DNA of 22,811 nt from Octopus sinensis (taxonomy: Eukaryota). The stretch lies in assembly GCF_006345805.1 (NCBI RefSeq), contig NW_021836762.1, forward strand, positions 1-22,811, given 5' to 3'. Shown one piece after another: positions 1-11,419 of the stretch (position 1 is its first letter; each line of letters opens with the position of its first letter). A program made the translations under genes and the position numbers. A model generated the notes under the pieces. The model was given only the letters and a program-made list of their open reading frames with translations. It was not told where the DNA came from and searched no databases.

Positions 1-218
1 TATTCTTTTCTACTCTAGGCACAAGGCCCGAAATTTTGGGGAAGAGGGCCAGTCGATTAGATCGTCCCCATTATGCAACTGGTACTTAATTTATCGACCT
101 CGAAAGGATGAAAGACAAAGTCAGCCTCGGCGGAATTTGAACTCAGGACGTAGAGACAAACGAAATGCCGCTAAGCATTTCGTCCGGCGTCCTAACATTT
201 CTGCCAGCTCGGCGCCTT
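1..218 (-). mobile_element. tRNA-derived SINE, family A, tail type 1 (...ccttgtgcctagagtagaaaagaata)
   Basis: The reverse complement starts aaggcgccgagctggcagaaatgttagg and has B box gagttcaaattcc. Near-identical copies lie at 14175-14399, 17534-17738 and 17781-17997. Confidence 0.9.
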
Positions 219-268
219 GAACTCAACTAGATATTGAAAGATATTTAGTTTTAGCTAATTATGCGGTT

Positions 269-535
269 GTGGAGGCGTGTGGCTTAGTGGTTAGGGTGTC
301 AGCATCATGATCGTAAAATGGTGGTTTCGATTCCTGGACTGGGCGATGCTTTCTGTTCTTGAGCAAAACACTTAATTTCACGTTGCTCCAGTTCACCCAG
401 CTGGCAAAAATGAATAACACTGCAATGGACTGGCGTCCCGTCCAGCTGGGGGAACACATACGCCATTGAAATCAGGAAACCGGGTCCATGAGCCTGGCTA
501 GGCTTTAAAAGGGCGCATTAAAAAAAGTATTATTA
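269..535 (+). mobile_element. tRNA-derived SINE (family C) with CORE-like central domain and 12-bp target-site duplication
   Basis: A box tggcttagtgg (280-290), B box gtttcgattcc, CORE-like tgttcttgagcaaaacacttaatttcac, V/Meta-like ctgcaatggactggcgtcccgtccag and an A-rich tail. Flanked by aattatgcggtt at 257-268 and 536-547. Confidence 0.85.
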
Positions 536-547
536 AATTATGCGGTT

Positions 548-760
548 ATCATGTTGCACTCACGATCATGTAATCGTTGTTTCAATTCCTGTGTTATGTT
601 CTGGAGTATGTTATGTTGCTCTGTGTTCACTTCGACACCTAACGCCTGGTACACCTTGGGCTTGTACAGGCAACGTCGAATTCATGGAAAAAAGCGAGCT
701 GATGTGCAGCACAAACATTCCAACCCTAAAGCCGTATCATCTACGCAGGTTGTTCCGTGA
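548..760 (+). mobile_element. Older degenerate tRNA-derived SINE, probably interrupted by the 269-535 SINE
   Basis: gcactcacgatcatgtaatcgttgtttcaattcctg resembles the head/B-box segment of the adjacent SINE (gcatcatgatcgtaaaatggtggtttcgattcctg). Confidence 0.5.
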
Positions 761-1182
761 TTTCTGCTGTGTGATATTGTATCCAATTTAAAAATCTTTA
801 TAATTCTTTACTGAAAATAAAAGGGAAAGAAGTGTATTTGTGAGAAGATACGTACATTGTGTCACTACTAAATACTGTAGAAGGAGTCTATAAAACTAGA
901 TATGTAGGCCATATAAATCTACATTGGAGAACCCATAAAATCTGCTATGAAGGGCCTATATAAGCATAAATATATCTGATACTCCGGATGATATATAATA
1001 ATAAATATGGCGGTTATTTTATTACAAATGCTGTCATGTCTGCTCTTTGTATGTTTGCATTTAGTGGTCAGTTCCAACTGACACAAACACTCACACAGAG
1101 GGACAGTTTTAATGGCCGTTATTCTGGTCGCTGTGGGTGTTGTTGTTGTTGAGATCTGGTGGTGTTATTATTAACGTTGGTA

Positions 1183-1395
1183 AAGACGGCGAGCAGGCAG
1201 ACTCATTCGTTATCGCGCCGGACAAAATAGTTTCCGTCATTTGTTCAGGGTTTACGGTCTGAGTTCAAATTCCTTTGTGGTTGATTTAACTTGCATCCTT
1301 CCGAGACGACAAAATAAAGTGTCAGTTAAGGACTAGAGACGATGTAATTGACAAACCACCCACCACCCGAATTTCAGGCCTATTGGAGAAAAAAA
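1183..1395 (+). mobile_element. Diverged family A SINE
   Basis: aagacggcgagcaggcag head, B box gagttcaaattcc, then catccttcc...gatgtaattgac...atttcaggcc, collinear with the other family A copies. Confidence 0.8.
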
Positions 1396-1397
1396 TG

Positions 1398-1452
<55 letters not shown>

Positions 1453-1460
1453 TAATAATG

Positions 1461-1505
<45 letters not shown>

Positions 1506-1530
1506 TAATAATAATAATAATAATAACGAT
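1396..1530. repeat. (AAT)n microsatellite between two tail-to-tail SINEs
   Basis: Read directly from the sequence. Confidence 0.95.
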
Positions 1531-1674
1531 AATCCTTTATGCTAAAGGCACAAGGCCTGAAATTTGCAGGAAGAGGACTAGTTGATTACATCAACCCAAA
1601 TGTTCAACTGGTACTTGATTTATCGAGCCCAGAAAAGATGAAAGGCAAAGTCAATCTAGGCGGAATTTGAACTC
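1531..1674 (-). mobile_element. 5'-truncated family A SINE
   Basis: ggcacaaggcctgaaattt...caactggtactt...gatgaaaggcaaagtc...ggcggaatttgaactc matches the minus-strand family A pattern up to the B box. Confidence 0.82.
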
Positions 1675-1702
1675 GCCCAGCGTGATAACGATTCTGTCAG
1701 CT

Positions 1703-1744
1703 ATAGATAAACAAATAGATAGATTGACAGATAGATAAGCAGAC

Positions 1745-1815
<71 letters not shown>

Positions 1816-1945
1816 GGGGATAGATAGATAAATAAACAGACAGACAGATAGATAGACAGACAGACAGATAGATAGACAGACAGATTGATAGATAGATAGG
1901 TAAATAGAAAGGTAGATAGACAGACAAATAGATAGATAAACAGAC

Positions 1946-2021
<76 letters not shown>

Positions 2022-2544
2022 CGATAGATTGATAGATAGATTGATAGATAGATTGATTGATTGATAGACAGGTAGATAGGTTGATAGACAGAAAGACAGG
2101 TAGATAGATATTTCTATTTAGATATAAAGACAGAAGTATACATGTTCGTACGCACCAATATTGCAACTTTGTACGTACGTATGTATATACGTATGGAGGA
2201 CTGCATGTATGTATGTTATGTTATGTATGTATGTATGTATGTATGTATGTATGTATGTATGTATGATGGATGGATGGATGGATGGATGGAGGGATGGATG
2301 GATAAATGGATGGATGGATGGAAACAGAAAATTAAGTGTATGAAGAAAGCGAAATTAATATAGTTTAATAAAGTATAATAATAATAAAGAGAGAATGAAG
2401 GAGGGAATGGGTGAAGTATAAGAGATGTTGAGGAAGGAGGAAGAAGAGAAACTTACACACATACACAGACACACAAACACATACACATACATACGTGTGA
2501 TTGTGAGTGTACGTGTATGTGTACATTTATATGTGTGTGTGTGT

Positions 2545-2575
<31 letters not shown>

Positions 2576-2640
2576 TATATATACATATATACTATATATA
2601 TGTATGTATATATATATATATATATGTACATATTTATTGA
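1703..2640. repeat. Compound microsatellite field: (GATA/GACA)n, (AT)n, (AG)n, (TATG)n, (GGAT)n, (AC/GT)n
   Basis: Read directly from the sequence; explains the low-complexity ORFs here. Confidence 0.95.
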
Positions 2641-3225
2641 GAGAGAAAGGGAAAGCCAAAGGGGGTGGAGGAGAAAGAGAGCAAGAGAAGAAGCTGAAAG
2701 AGAAAGTGAAAGAGCGATGGAATGAAATGGTGGAAATTCAGTTGAAAGAAAATTATTGAATTGAAAGAAATCGTTGAAGAAATAGAGACGGAGACGGGGA
2801 GAAAAAAAGAACGAGACGGGAATGGAGAAAAATATTGCAAAAGAAAAAAAAGACAAAAGAGAAAGAAAAAGTGAAGGAATAAGAAGCAGTTAGTTAAACT
2901 TGAGAGAAAGAAGATGAGTAAGAAGAAATAGAGAGCACATGGGAAAGGAGAGCAATATTTTAGATGGTAGACTTCTGGACATACAAGTCCTAACTACACA
3001 TAATCGAATTCAACTGTCGAAGTCGGAATGTAAGACAACAAAATTAGCAATTATTTGTAGTAGAAAAATGGTTTTGATTCCCTTAACATTTTCTCCACAC
3101 ATGGAACTACTGGAATCTTCTTCTAAGTACATTATTCCATTTTGGCAACAGAATTTGCTTCTGTTCGAAGATTCTGATTGGTTGATTCGTTTCGTTGAGG
3201 TTGCTTTCTTCAACCGGTGAAATTC

Positions 3226-3386
3226 GTATGTGTGTGTGTTTCTATGTATGTATGTATGTATGTATGTATGTATGTATGTATGTATGTATGTATGTATGTA
3301 TGTTTGTATGTATGTATGTATGTATGTATGTATGTATGTGTACCTATTTATACACACACATAATACAATGGTCTGTTTCTTCTTCC

Positions 3387-3452
<66 letters not shown>

Positions 3453-3590
3453 AATCAATATTTTAGCTTGTGCGTTGACTGAAAAAGAAACTATAAATAC
3501 ACAAGAGTAAAATATGTGTATGCGTATAATATACATATCTGTGTATATGTGTATACTCACACTCACACACACACATACCCACACATACAC
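3226..3590. repeat. (TATG)n, (TAT)n and (AC)n microsatellites
   Basis: Read directly from the sequence. Confidence 0.95.
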
Positions 3591-3828
3591 AAAGATAGTA
3601 AGTATAACATTTTAAAGAAAACAGGACAAAAGCAACAAAAGCGAACTAGACGTACACAGTGAATATGTTAGATTGACGCCCAGTGTAAGTTTTAGGTGGA
3701 AAAATATGGAAAAATGACGTTTCGAGTTTGGCTCTTCATCAGAAGAGGGGGGACAGAAAAATAGTGTGTTTATGCAGGTGTATGTATGATACGATACAAC
3801 AAACAATATAGAACTGAATGCAGAAATA

Positions 3829-4426
3829 AAGGCGGCGAGCTGGCAGAAACGTTAGCACGCCGGGCGAAATGCTTAGCGGCATTTCGTCTGCCGTTACGTT
3901 GTGAGTTCAAATTCCGCCGAGGTCGACTTTGCCTTTCATCCTTTCGGGGTCGATAACTTAAGTACCAGTTACGCACTGGGGTCGATGTAATCGACTTAAT
4001 ACCTTTGTCTGTCCTTGTTTGTCCCCCTCTGTGTTTAGCCCCTTGTGGGTAATAAAGAAATAGGTATTTCGTTTGTCTTTACGTTCTGAGTTCAAACTCC
4101 GCCGAGGTCGACTTTGCCTTTCATCCTTTCGGGGTAGATTAAATAAGTACCAGTTACTCACTGAGGTCGATATAATCGACTTAATCCGTTTGTCTGTCCT
4201 TGTTTGTCCTCTCTGTCTTTAGACCCTTGTGTGTAGTAAAGAAATAGGTATTTCGTCTGCCGTTACGTTCTGAGTTCAAATTCCGCCGAGCTCGACTTTG
4301 CTTTTCATCCTTTCGGGGGCGATAAATTAAGTACCTGTTACGTACTGGGGGTCTATGTAATCGACTTAATCCCTTTGTTCCTGTTTCTTCCCTCTATGTT
4401 TAGCCCTTGTGAGCAATAAAGAAATA
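3829..4426 (+). mobile_element. Family A SINE trimer, tail type 2 (...tttagccccttgtgggtaataaagaaata): one full unit plus two headless ~184-bp units
   Basis: Units begin at 3829, 4063 and 4247, each with B box gagttcaaa(t/c)tcc. Possible TSD agaaata at 3822-3828 and 4427-4433. Confidence 0.92.
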
Positions 4427-4433
4427 AGAAATA

Positions 4434-4893
4434 CAGGGTGTTCAAAAAGTCCCTCCGCAGTAAGAATTTTATTGCAAAATACATATTTATAAGATGGTAT
4501 AAGACTACAAAAGAATATATTAGACTTTACAAGACTTTAAAAAATACCTTATAAGAGGTGTTGAAAGTGTCGTCCTTCATTTTCAGAACATAAGTTGACT
4601 CTTCTACACATGTTCTGAAATACATCTTGGAGAGTCTGACGCGGTATGGACCGTGTGAAGGTTATGATTGTGTCTTTTATGATTTTGTCTTTTATGATTG
4701 TGTCTTTTAGCTCATTAATGGTTTTTCGGGCGATTCTTCTACACTGTTCCTTTACTTGCTCCCCAGAAAAAAAAAAAAGCCTGGTCGTGTTAAATTAGGT
4801 GATCTTGGTGGCCAAAGTCCTTTCGAAATAATCCGTTAAGTGCATACGCAGGATGAAAAGAATTCACTGCGGAGAGACTTTTTGAACACTCTG
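4434..4893 (-). mobile_element. Internally deleted non-autonomous Tc1/mariner-superfamily DNA transposon
   Basis: 28-bp TIRs cagggtgttcaaaaagtccctccgcagt / actgcggagagactttttgaacactctg (2 mismatches), with TA on both sides (4432-33, 4894-95). Confidence 0.93.
4549..4836 (-). pseudogene. Transposase C-terminal remnant (Tc1/mariner, WPPRSPDL-type)
   Basis: Manual translation with frameshifts and a stop: RIISKGLWPPRSPNLT...FWGASKGTV*KNRPK/TINELKDTI...SIPRQTLQDVFQNMCRRVNLCSENEGRHFQHLL*. Confidence 0.88.
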
Positions 4894-5230
4894 TATAACG
4901 TTTATGAATTTTATTCAGAAGCCAAATTTACCGTCGATTGCATTACAACTATTAGTTTCTCTGTCGATCGGTTGATCTCGTAATTATATTGGCTTTTAAT
5001 TGTTTAATTCTTAAAATTGTAGACATATATATTATATGCAGAAGTGTAAAGTCGTGTAGAGCATGGCTCAAGAATTACTTGCTATAAGCTTTCCTCTTTA
5101 CTTGTATGTCTGACTTTCACTGAATGAAGGTATGACATCTACACGAGGTGAAATTAACCACTGTAGTATGACCCATGGATAACCTCACCCTTGAGTAACA
5201 TATATGTAGGCATGAGTGTTTTTGTGCTGT

Positions 5231-5783
<553 letters not shown>

Positions 5784-6559
5784 ACATTTGTAATTCAGCA
5801 TCTCTGCGAATGACAGGAGCAGGGAGATGATGGATTTCATAAAGCCCTCGACGGTTTTTGGAAGTAAGAGCTGTACGTCAGCGCGTGGCGGGAGAAGGGG
5901 CGGGGTTGGCCAGAACAGAACAAGGCTCCCGAGAAGATGAAAGATGAACGAAGCGGGAACAACTAGGAGTGAAACAGCCTGAGCCTAGTCTGTTCCAGTG
6001 AGCAGAAATCTTTAAAATAGTAGTAGAAAAGTAAGAAGAAGGGGACTGATGGCTTGTAGGGCAGAGACTGAAACTGCCTGTTTGTGGGTTTATGCCAATC
6101 ATTTGTTACTATTGTTGTTGCTGTGTATGAAGCGGTCCGCGATAAATTTGAACTTACGACCTTCAGGCTCGTAGTCCGATTACATGTTCTCAAGACTATA
6201 ATTTACTCGACCAATCAATATTATCATTTATTTGGTTACCTCGTTCATTGGTCTGTAGACTAAAAGCTATAATGAAGCCTGTGTCATATATGGGAGGCGG
6301 TGCAGAGGCTCAATTGAGGAAGGCCATTTAATAAAATGGCAAAGAAAAAAAAACGTTGTTAAAGAAACTGCAAGGAAAACGTGAAACAAAATGGCTGACT
6401 TCTGTGTTTGCAATCAACTTTACATACGATTTATTAACAGAAGAATATAAACATAAAACAATGTCTTACACTTGTTTATTTGATTATTTACTGACAGCAC
6501 TATTGTATATATGTAAATATTTCTGTCCATGTGTTGGTGGGGTGGTGGTGGTAGACGGG

Positions 6560-7068
6560 GGGTGTATGTGTGTGTGAGATGCTGAGCGTAAGCATATATA
6601 TATGTATGTATACAAACACACACACACACACATATAGATATATATATATATGTATGTATGTATGTAATGTATGTATGTATGTATGTATTTATGTATATAT
6701 ATATATATATATATTATATATGTATAAGTATGCATGTATGTATCTATGTATGATTAAGTATACACTGTGAAAGAAATAAGCATTATTACACACAGAAATA
6801 CTAAGGTAAACATACACACATACACACACGCACTCACATACAGAAAATACATATACATATATGCATATACATACACACACATACATACACATACACATAC
6901 ACATATACATACACATACATACATACATATGTACATACATATATACACACACATTCATACATACATACATACATATATATATATATGCATATATATATAT
7001 AAATACCTATACGTACATATGTGTACATAGATATATATATATATTATACATATAAATATATCACACAA

Positions 7069-7134
<66 letters not shown>

Positions 7135-7368
7135 ATGTAAACACACGCGCACACATGCATACACTCACACACATTAATAGTCCAGTGTGTGTGTATATGT
7201 TAGTTATAAACTAATATATACACCAATATATACACGTGTTTATATATCTGGATAAATGTATATATACACAACAAACAGACTCATATAATTATACACATAC
7301 TAGTATAACCGCACAAAATAAACACACGTATGCATGTACACACATATATAAGCACAGATACACACACA

Positions 7369-7406
<38 letters not shown>

Positions 7407-8250
7407 ACACACATATATATATATATACAGAGAGAGGGAGAGAGAGATGTATATATATGTCTATATATATATATATGTATGCACATATATAGAAATATAT
7501 GTTTATATATATGTCTGTGTAGTGTGTATATGTATAATAAGCAAGTATATACATGTATATGTATATCTGTGGGTATGTATATGTAATCACACACATATAA
7601 ATACACACACACCATGCACACACATGAGATTTATCTCTGTAAAAGCATACATTGTTTGCTAATTTAATCAAAGATACAGCGGTCCTTTATGTTATTGCAA
7701 GAGAAGTCTACGATTTGTTTGTTGCAGAATTGACTGGCCAGTGTTATTTACCTCTTGCAGTGGTCACCTCATTTGTTTGATTCTAAGATTGTATGATTCT
7801 TGGAAAGCTTTGGAATGGTTATTTAGTCTTCAATCTGACATTTTCTACCAATATTTGCGTTCTTTGTATCTGGCATTTTGTATGTCATACGTATGTAGTC
7901 ATAATGCGAGAAGTTGGCTTCGTTGAATCAGAGGTGAAAAGAGGTGGCTATGAACTACAGTTTATTTGTATGTTTTTAGCGTGTGTATGTATGTTTGTGC
8001 TTTCGCATGTACGTCTGTATCCGTGCATGTTTGTATATATGTATGTGTGTGTATCTTTGTATGTCTATATGTAAGTATGTATGAACGCATGTATGCATGT
8101 ATGCGTGCATGTATGTATGTATGAATGCATGCCTGCATGCATGCATGTATCTTTGCATGTATGTATGTATGTATGTATATATTTACGCATGTGTGTTGTA
8201 TCTAAATATGTATATATATATGTTTCTATGTGCATATGTATATATATATA
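6560..8250. repeat. Long degenerate (AT)/(AC)/(GT)/(TATG) simple-repeat field with short unique spacers
   Basis: Read directly from the sequence. Confidence 0.9.
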
Positions 8251-8252
8251 AA

Positions 8253-8284
8253 GTTGTCCGGAAACCTCTTGATACCACCTCGTA
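8253..8284. mobile_element. Solo mariner-type terminal inverted repeat fragment
   Basis: The reverse complement reads ta-cgaggtggtatcaagaggtttccggacaac, resembling mariner termini (TA-CGAGG...TCAAAAAGTTTCCGGAC). No partner TIR seen. Confidence 0.55.
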
Positions 8285-8290
8285 CATACA

Positions 8291-8322
<32 letters not shown>

Positions 8323-8379
8323 CATACATACATACATACATACATACATACATACATACATACATACAGATAGATAGAC

Positions 8380-8641
8380 ATTATTGGGGCCCTGAGATAT
8401 GTAACACAGCCTAAATACCAATCTTGAGAAATTAGGTTTCTCGAAACCAGCAAGTAGAAAGCTAATTGGAAGACTACTGGTGCAGTCCATCACTGGAACT
8501 GTAAAAGTCTGTAAAACTTTCCAGAAGTTTAGCATTTAGATATATGAGCATGTCTAGATATGCAACTATATGCATGAGAATGCATACATAAAACATAGAA
8601 ATCTGCACATACATACACACATGCGTACATACATACATACA

Positions 8642-8675
<34 letters not shown>

Positions 8676-8813
8676 CATACATACATACATGCATGCATAC
8701 ATACATACATACATATATACATACATACACACATACATACATACATATATACATACATACATACATACATACATACATGCATGCATACATACATACATAC
8801 ATGCATGCATACA

Positions 8814-8847
<34 letters not shown>

Positions 8848-9250
8848 CATACATACATACATGCATGCATACATACATACATACATACATACATACATAC
8901 ACACGTACATACATACATATATACATACATACATACATACATACATACATACATGCATGCATACATACATACATACATGCATACATACATACATACATGC
9001 ATACATACATACATACATACATGCATGCATACATACATACATACATACATACATACATACATACATACATACATACATACATACATACATACATAATACA
9101 TACATACATACATACATACATACATACAAACAAAGATACCCGGTAAATGTTGAAATTCCAATGAAGGAGACTTGGATCTAGGTAAGAAACTGGCTCTTAA
9201 GACAAGGAACTTATTGACAAGAAATCTTGAAATAAAACAGAATAATGACA
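8380..9250 (+). mobile_element. 5'-truncated 3' end of an RLE-type (R4/Dong-like) non-LTR retrotransposon, with its 3' UTR split by an expanded (TACA)n tract
   Basis: 8380-8539 translates with one frameshift as IIGALRYVTQ/LNTNLEKLGFSKPASRKLIGRLLVQSITGTVKVCKTFQKFSI*, matching the 'IIGALG' C-terminal motif of restriction-like endonuclease LINEs. Unique UTR-like segments at 8540-8605 and 9128-9247, the latter ending aataaaacagaataatg before simple repeats. Confidence 0.72.
8606..9127. repeat. (TACA)n/(TGCA) microsatellite, ~520 bp
   Basis: Read directly from the sequence; source of the MYVC/HTYI ORFs. Confidence 0.97.
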
Positions 9251-9591
9251 TGCATGCATCCATCCATACATGCATCCATCCATCCATACATGCATACATA
9301 CATCCGTATGTAATATTTACACCCACACATACATAATACATAAATAATACATACGCATATATACATACATACAGGCATACATACAGGCATATACATGCAT
9401 ATATATACATTCATATGTGTGTTTTACCTGTATGTTTATATATATAGAATACGTTTGTGTGTTTATAAATGTTAATTTATGCTAACATTATATATAGTGT
9501 GACTTTAAGTTTCATACTTTACCGATTTTTCACGAAATTAAAAAATGAATCAAACCATTTTGTAGTTTATAACGGAAAATAAACATGAATA

Positions 9592-9976
9592 GACGCAGGA
9601 GTGGCTGTGTGGTTATGTAGCTTACCTACCAACCACATGGTTCCGGGTTCAGTCCCACTGCGTGGCACCTTGGGCAAGTGTCATCTACCATAGCCTCAGA
9701 CCGACCAAAGCTTTGTGAGTGGATTTGGTAGACAGAAACTGAAAGAAGCCCATCGTATATATATATATATATGTTTGTGTGTCTGTGTTTGTCCCCCCCC
9801 AACATCGCTTGACAACCGATCTGGTGTGTTTACGTCCCCGTAATTTAGCAGTTCGGCATAAGAGACCGATAGAATAAGTACTAGGCTTACAAAAAATAAG
9901 TCCTGGGGTCGATTTGCTCGACAAAAAGGCGGTGCTCCAGCATGGCTGCAGTCAAATGACCGAAACAAGTAAGAGT
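9592..9976 (+). mobile_element. Full-length tRNA-derived SINE, family B, with internal (AT)/(GT) tract
   Basis: A box gtggctgtgtggt, B box gggttcagtccc, CORE-like ccttgggcaagtgtc. TSD atgaata at 9585-9591 and 9977-9983. Homologous copies at 13369 and 14569-15158. Confidence 0.92.
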
Positions 9977-10019
9977 ATGAATATAAAGCCTCTGAATATA
10001 TAAATAGAATTTATAAAAG

Positions 10020-10650
10020 CTTTTACTATCGTTGGAAATTTTGCAGAGTGATACAATTCTGTCTGTTTTTCATTTACTAAGCTTTTCTATATTTGTCGAT
10101 AAAATGGATGTTTTTCGCCCGTTAATAAAAGAAATGGACGATTTGATTTCTTTAGAATACTTATTCACACATTACACAACATAGCTGCTTTTAACGATGT
10201 AGGAATGGACAGTCCAGACTCTTCAGTAATTTTTGAACACTGCTTTTATATTTTGAATTTGTTAAACAATATATTTAGTAAGATTTTGATGCGGTCTATA
10301 TCGAAATGATGGATTACACAAAATATGGATGCCCGACTAGATAGCTTGAGACGAGATAGCTTAACGAAGAATCTATTCGAAGTATTTAAAGATTTTTACC
10401 TGGAGATTAATTTTGACACTGATTATAACATTAGATCTAAAATGAAATGATATATTAAAGACAAAAGACCAGATGCATTGAATAAAGACTGTCTCAGATC
10501 ATCCATCATTATGAATTTAAAATTTTGGAGTCGAGCCTGTATTTAAAACAATTATTAATAATTTAGTGACAAATGTTAGCATATGCTTATCAAGTACACC
10601 TCTTGATATTTCTTCCGTTTATAAGGAAGCCTTTAACACAGAACGAGACT
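10020..10650 (+). pseudogene. Decayed Penelope-like element reverse transcriptase relic (copy 1)
   Basis: Manual translation with frameshifts: FNDVGMDSPDSSVIFEHCFYILNLLNNIF / GLYRNDGL (10293-10316) / LFEVFKDFYLEINFDTD / SDHPS / YKEAF. These are collinear with PLE RT motifs FDVTMGSYDGAE..GLYRDDGL..SNHPP..YQEAL. Ends approximate. Confidence 0.72.
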
Positions 10651-10654
10651 AAAA

Positions 10655-11370
10655 TATAAGATATTAACTGTAATATCTGAGTTTAAGTCTTTAAATGATT
10701 CAAGTAAGATTTTCCTGCAGCTATCTCGCCTGACATTTGACTTGACATCTGTGTAACCCATCGTCTCGATATAGACCGTACATTAAATTATTAAGCATAT
10801 TGTTTGACCAATCCAAATATAAATCCAGTAATTTCACTAATTTCTGAAGAGTTTAAGTTGCGTATTTCTATATCGAAAAAATTTCAAAAACTGGCATTTC
10901 TTTACGCATGATTCGTTATCAAATGTAAGTAATCATTTTACGTGAGTATATATTCTATTTTTCCAGTCACTGATTTAGATATTACTTTTGACAAGCAAAC
11001 ATCTTCGCTTTTGAGAGATAAAATTAAATAAAATTAAATCATGCAAATTAGTTAAATTTATATCGATGTTTATTACTCATTTTTAGGTAAGAAGCGATTA
11101 TTTCATGATAGAAGCGTTTCTGTTCTATAATTATAAATTTGTTTAACCCTAAGGTTAATATTGCCTGTGGTAGTTTTATTCATTATACTTAATTCGTTTT
11201 TAGTTGGATTTATTAATCTACATGATGGATTATTTGTAAAATTTTGTACGGGAGCCTTAAACGTAATGTGATATCTACGTAAAGTTAAACATTCAGCATT
11301 TTTATCTAATTTTGTGGCTATTTCCTTATCTTATAAATTCACGAAATTGAAAATTGTTTAGTTATAGTTG
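10655..11370 (-). pseudogene. Decayed Penelope-like element reverse transcriptase relic (copy 2)
   Basis: Minus-strand translation: KEIATKLDKNAECLTLRRYHITFKAPVQNFTNNPSCRLINPTKNELS (about 11190-11330), FDIEIRNLNSSEISEITG, intact YGLYRDDGL (10754-10780) and DSCRKILLESFKDLN. Confidence 0.82.
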
Positions 11371-11419
11371 TACTATTATGTTAGAGCTTACGATCAACAT
11401 CTTTCAATGGTTCTTAAAA

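Noticed and set aside
3770-4161. Recurrent short ORFs (RKDERQSRPRRNLNS), also at 17701-17895
   Set aside because: Antisense translations of SINE family A, not a gene family.
3829-4426. Regular repeat array considered as CRISPR-like or a tRNA gene cluster
   Set aside because: The ~184-bp units have no unique spacers and no cas genes nearby. The tRNA-like heads continue into SINE bodies.
6140-6190. Possible minus-strand tRNA/SINE head (tttgaacttacgaccttc, B-box-like)
   Set aside because: Too short and degenerate to assign; no A box or body identified.
8474-9410. Long ORFs (187-293 aa) of MYVC/HTYI repeats
   Set aside because: Translations of a (TACA)n microsatellite that lacks stops in several frames; no coding signal.
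11380-11392. agagctt as a possible TSD matching agaagctt at the element's 3' junction
   Set aside because: Short, imperfect and ~30 bp from the inferred 5' end; could be chance.
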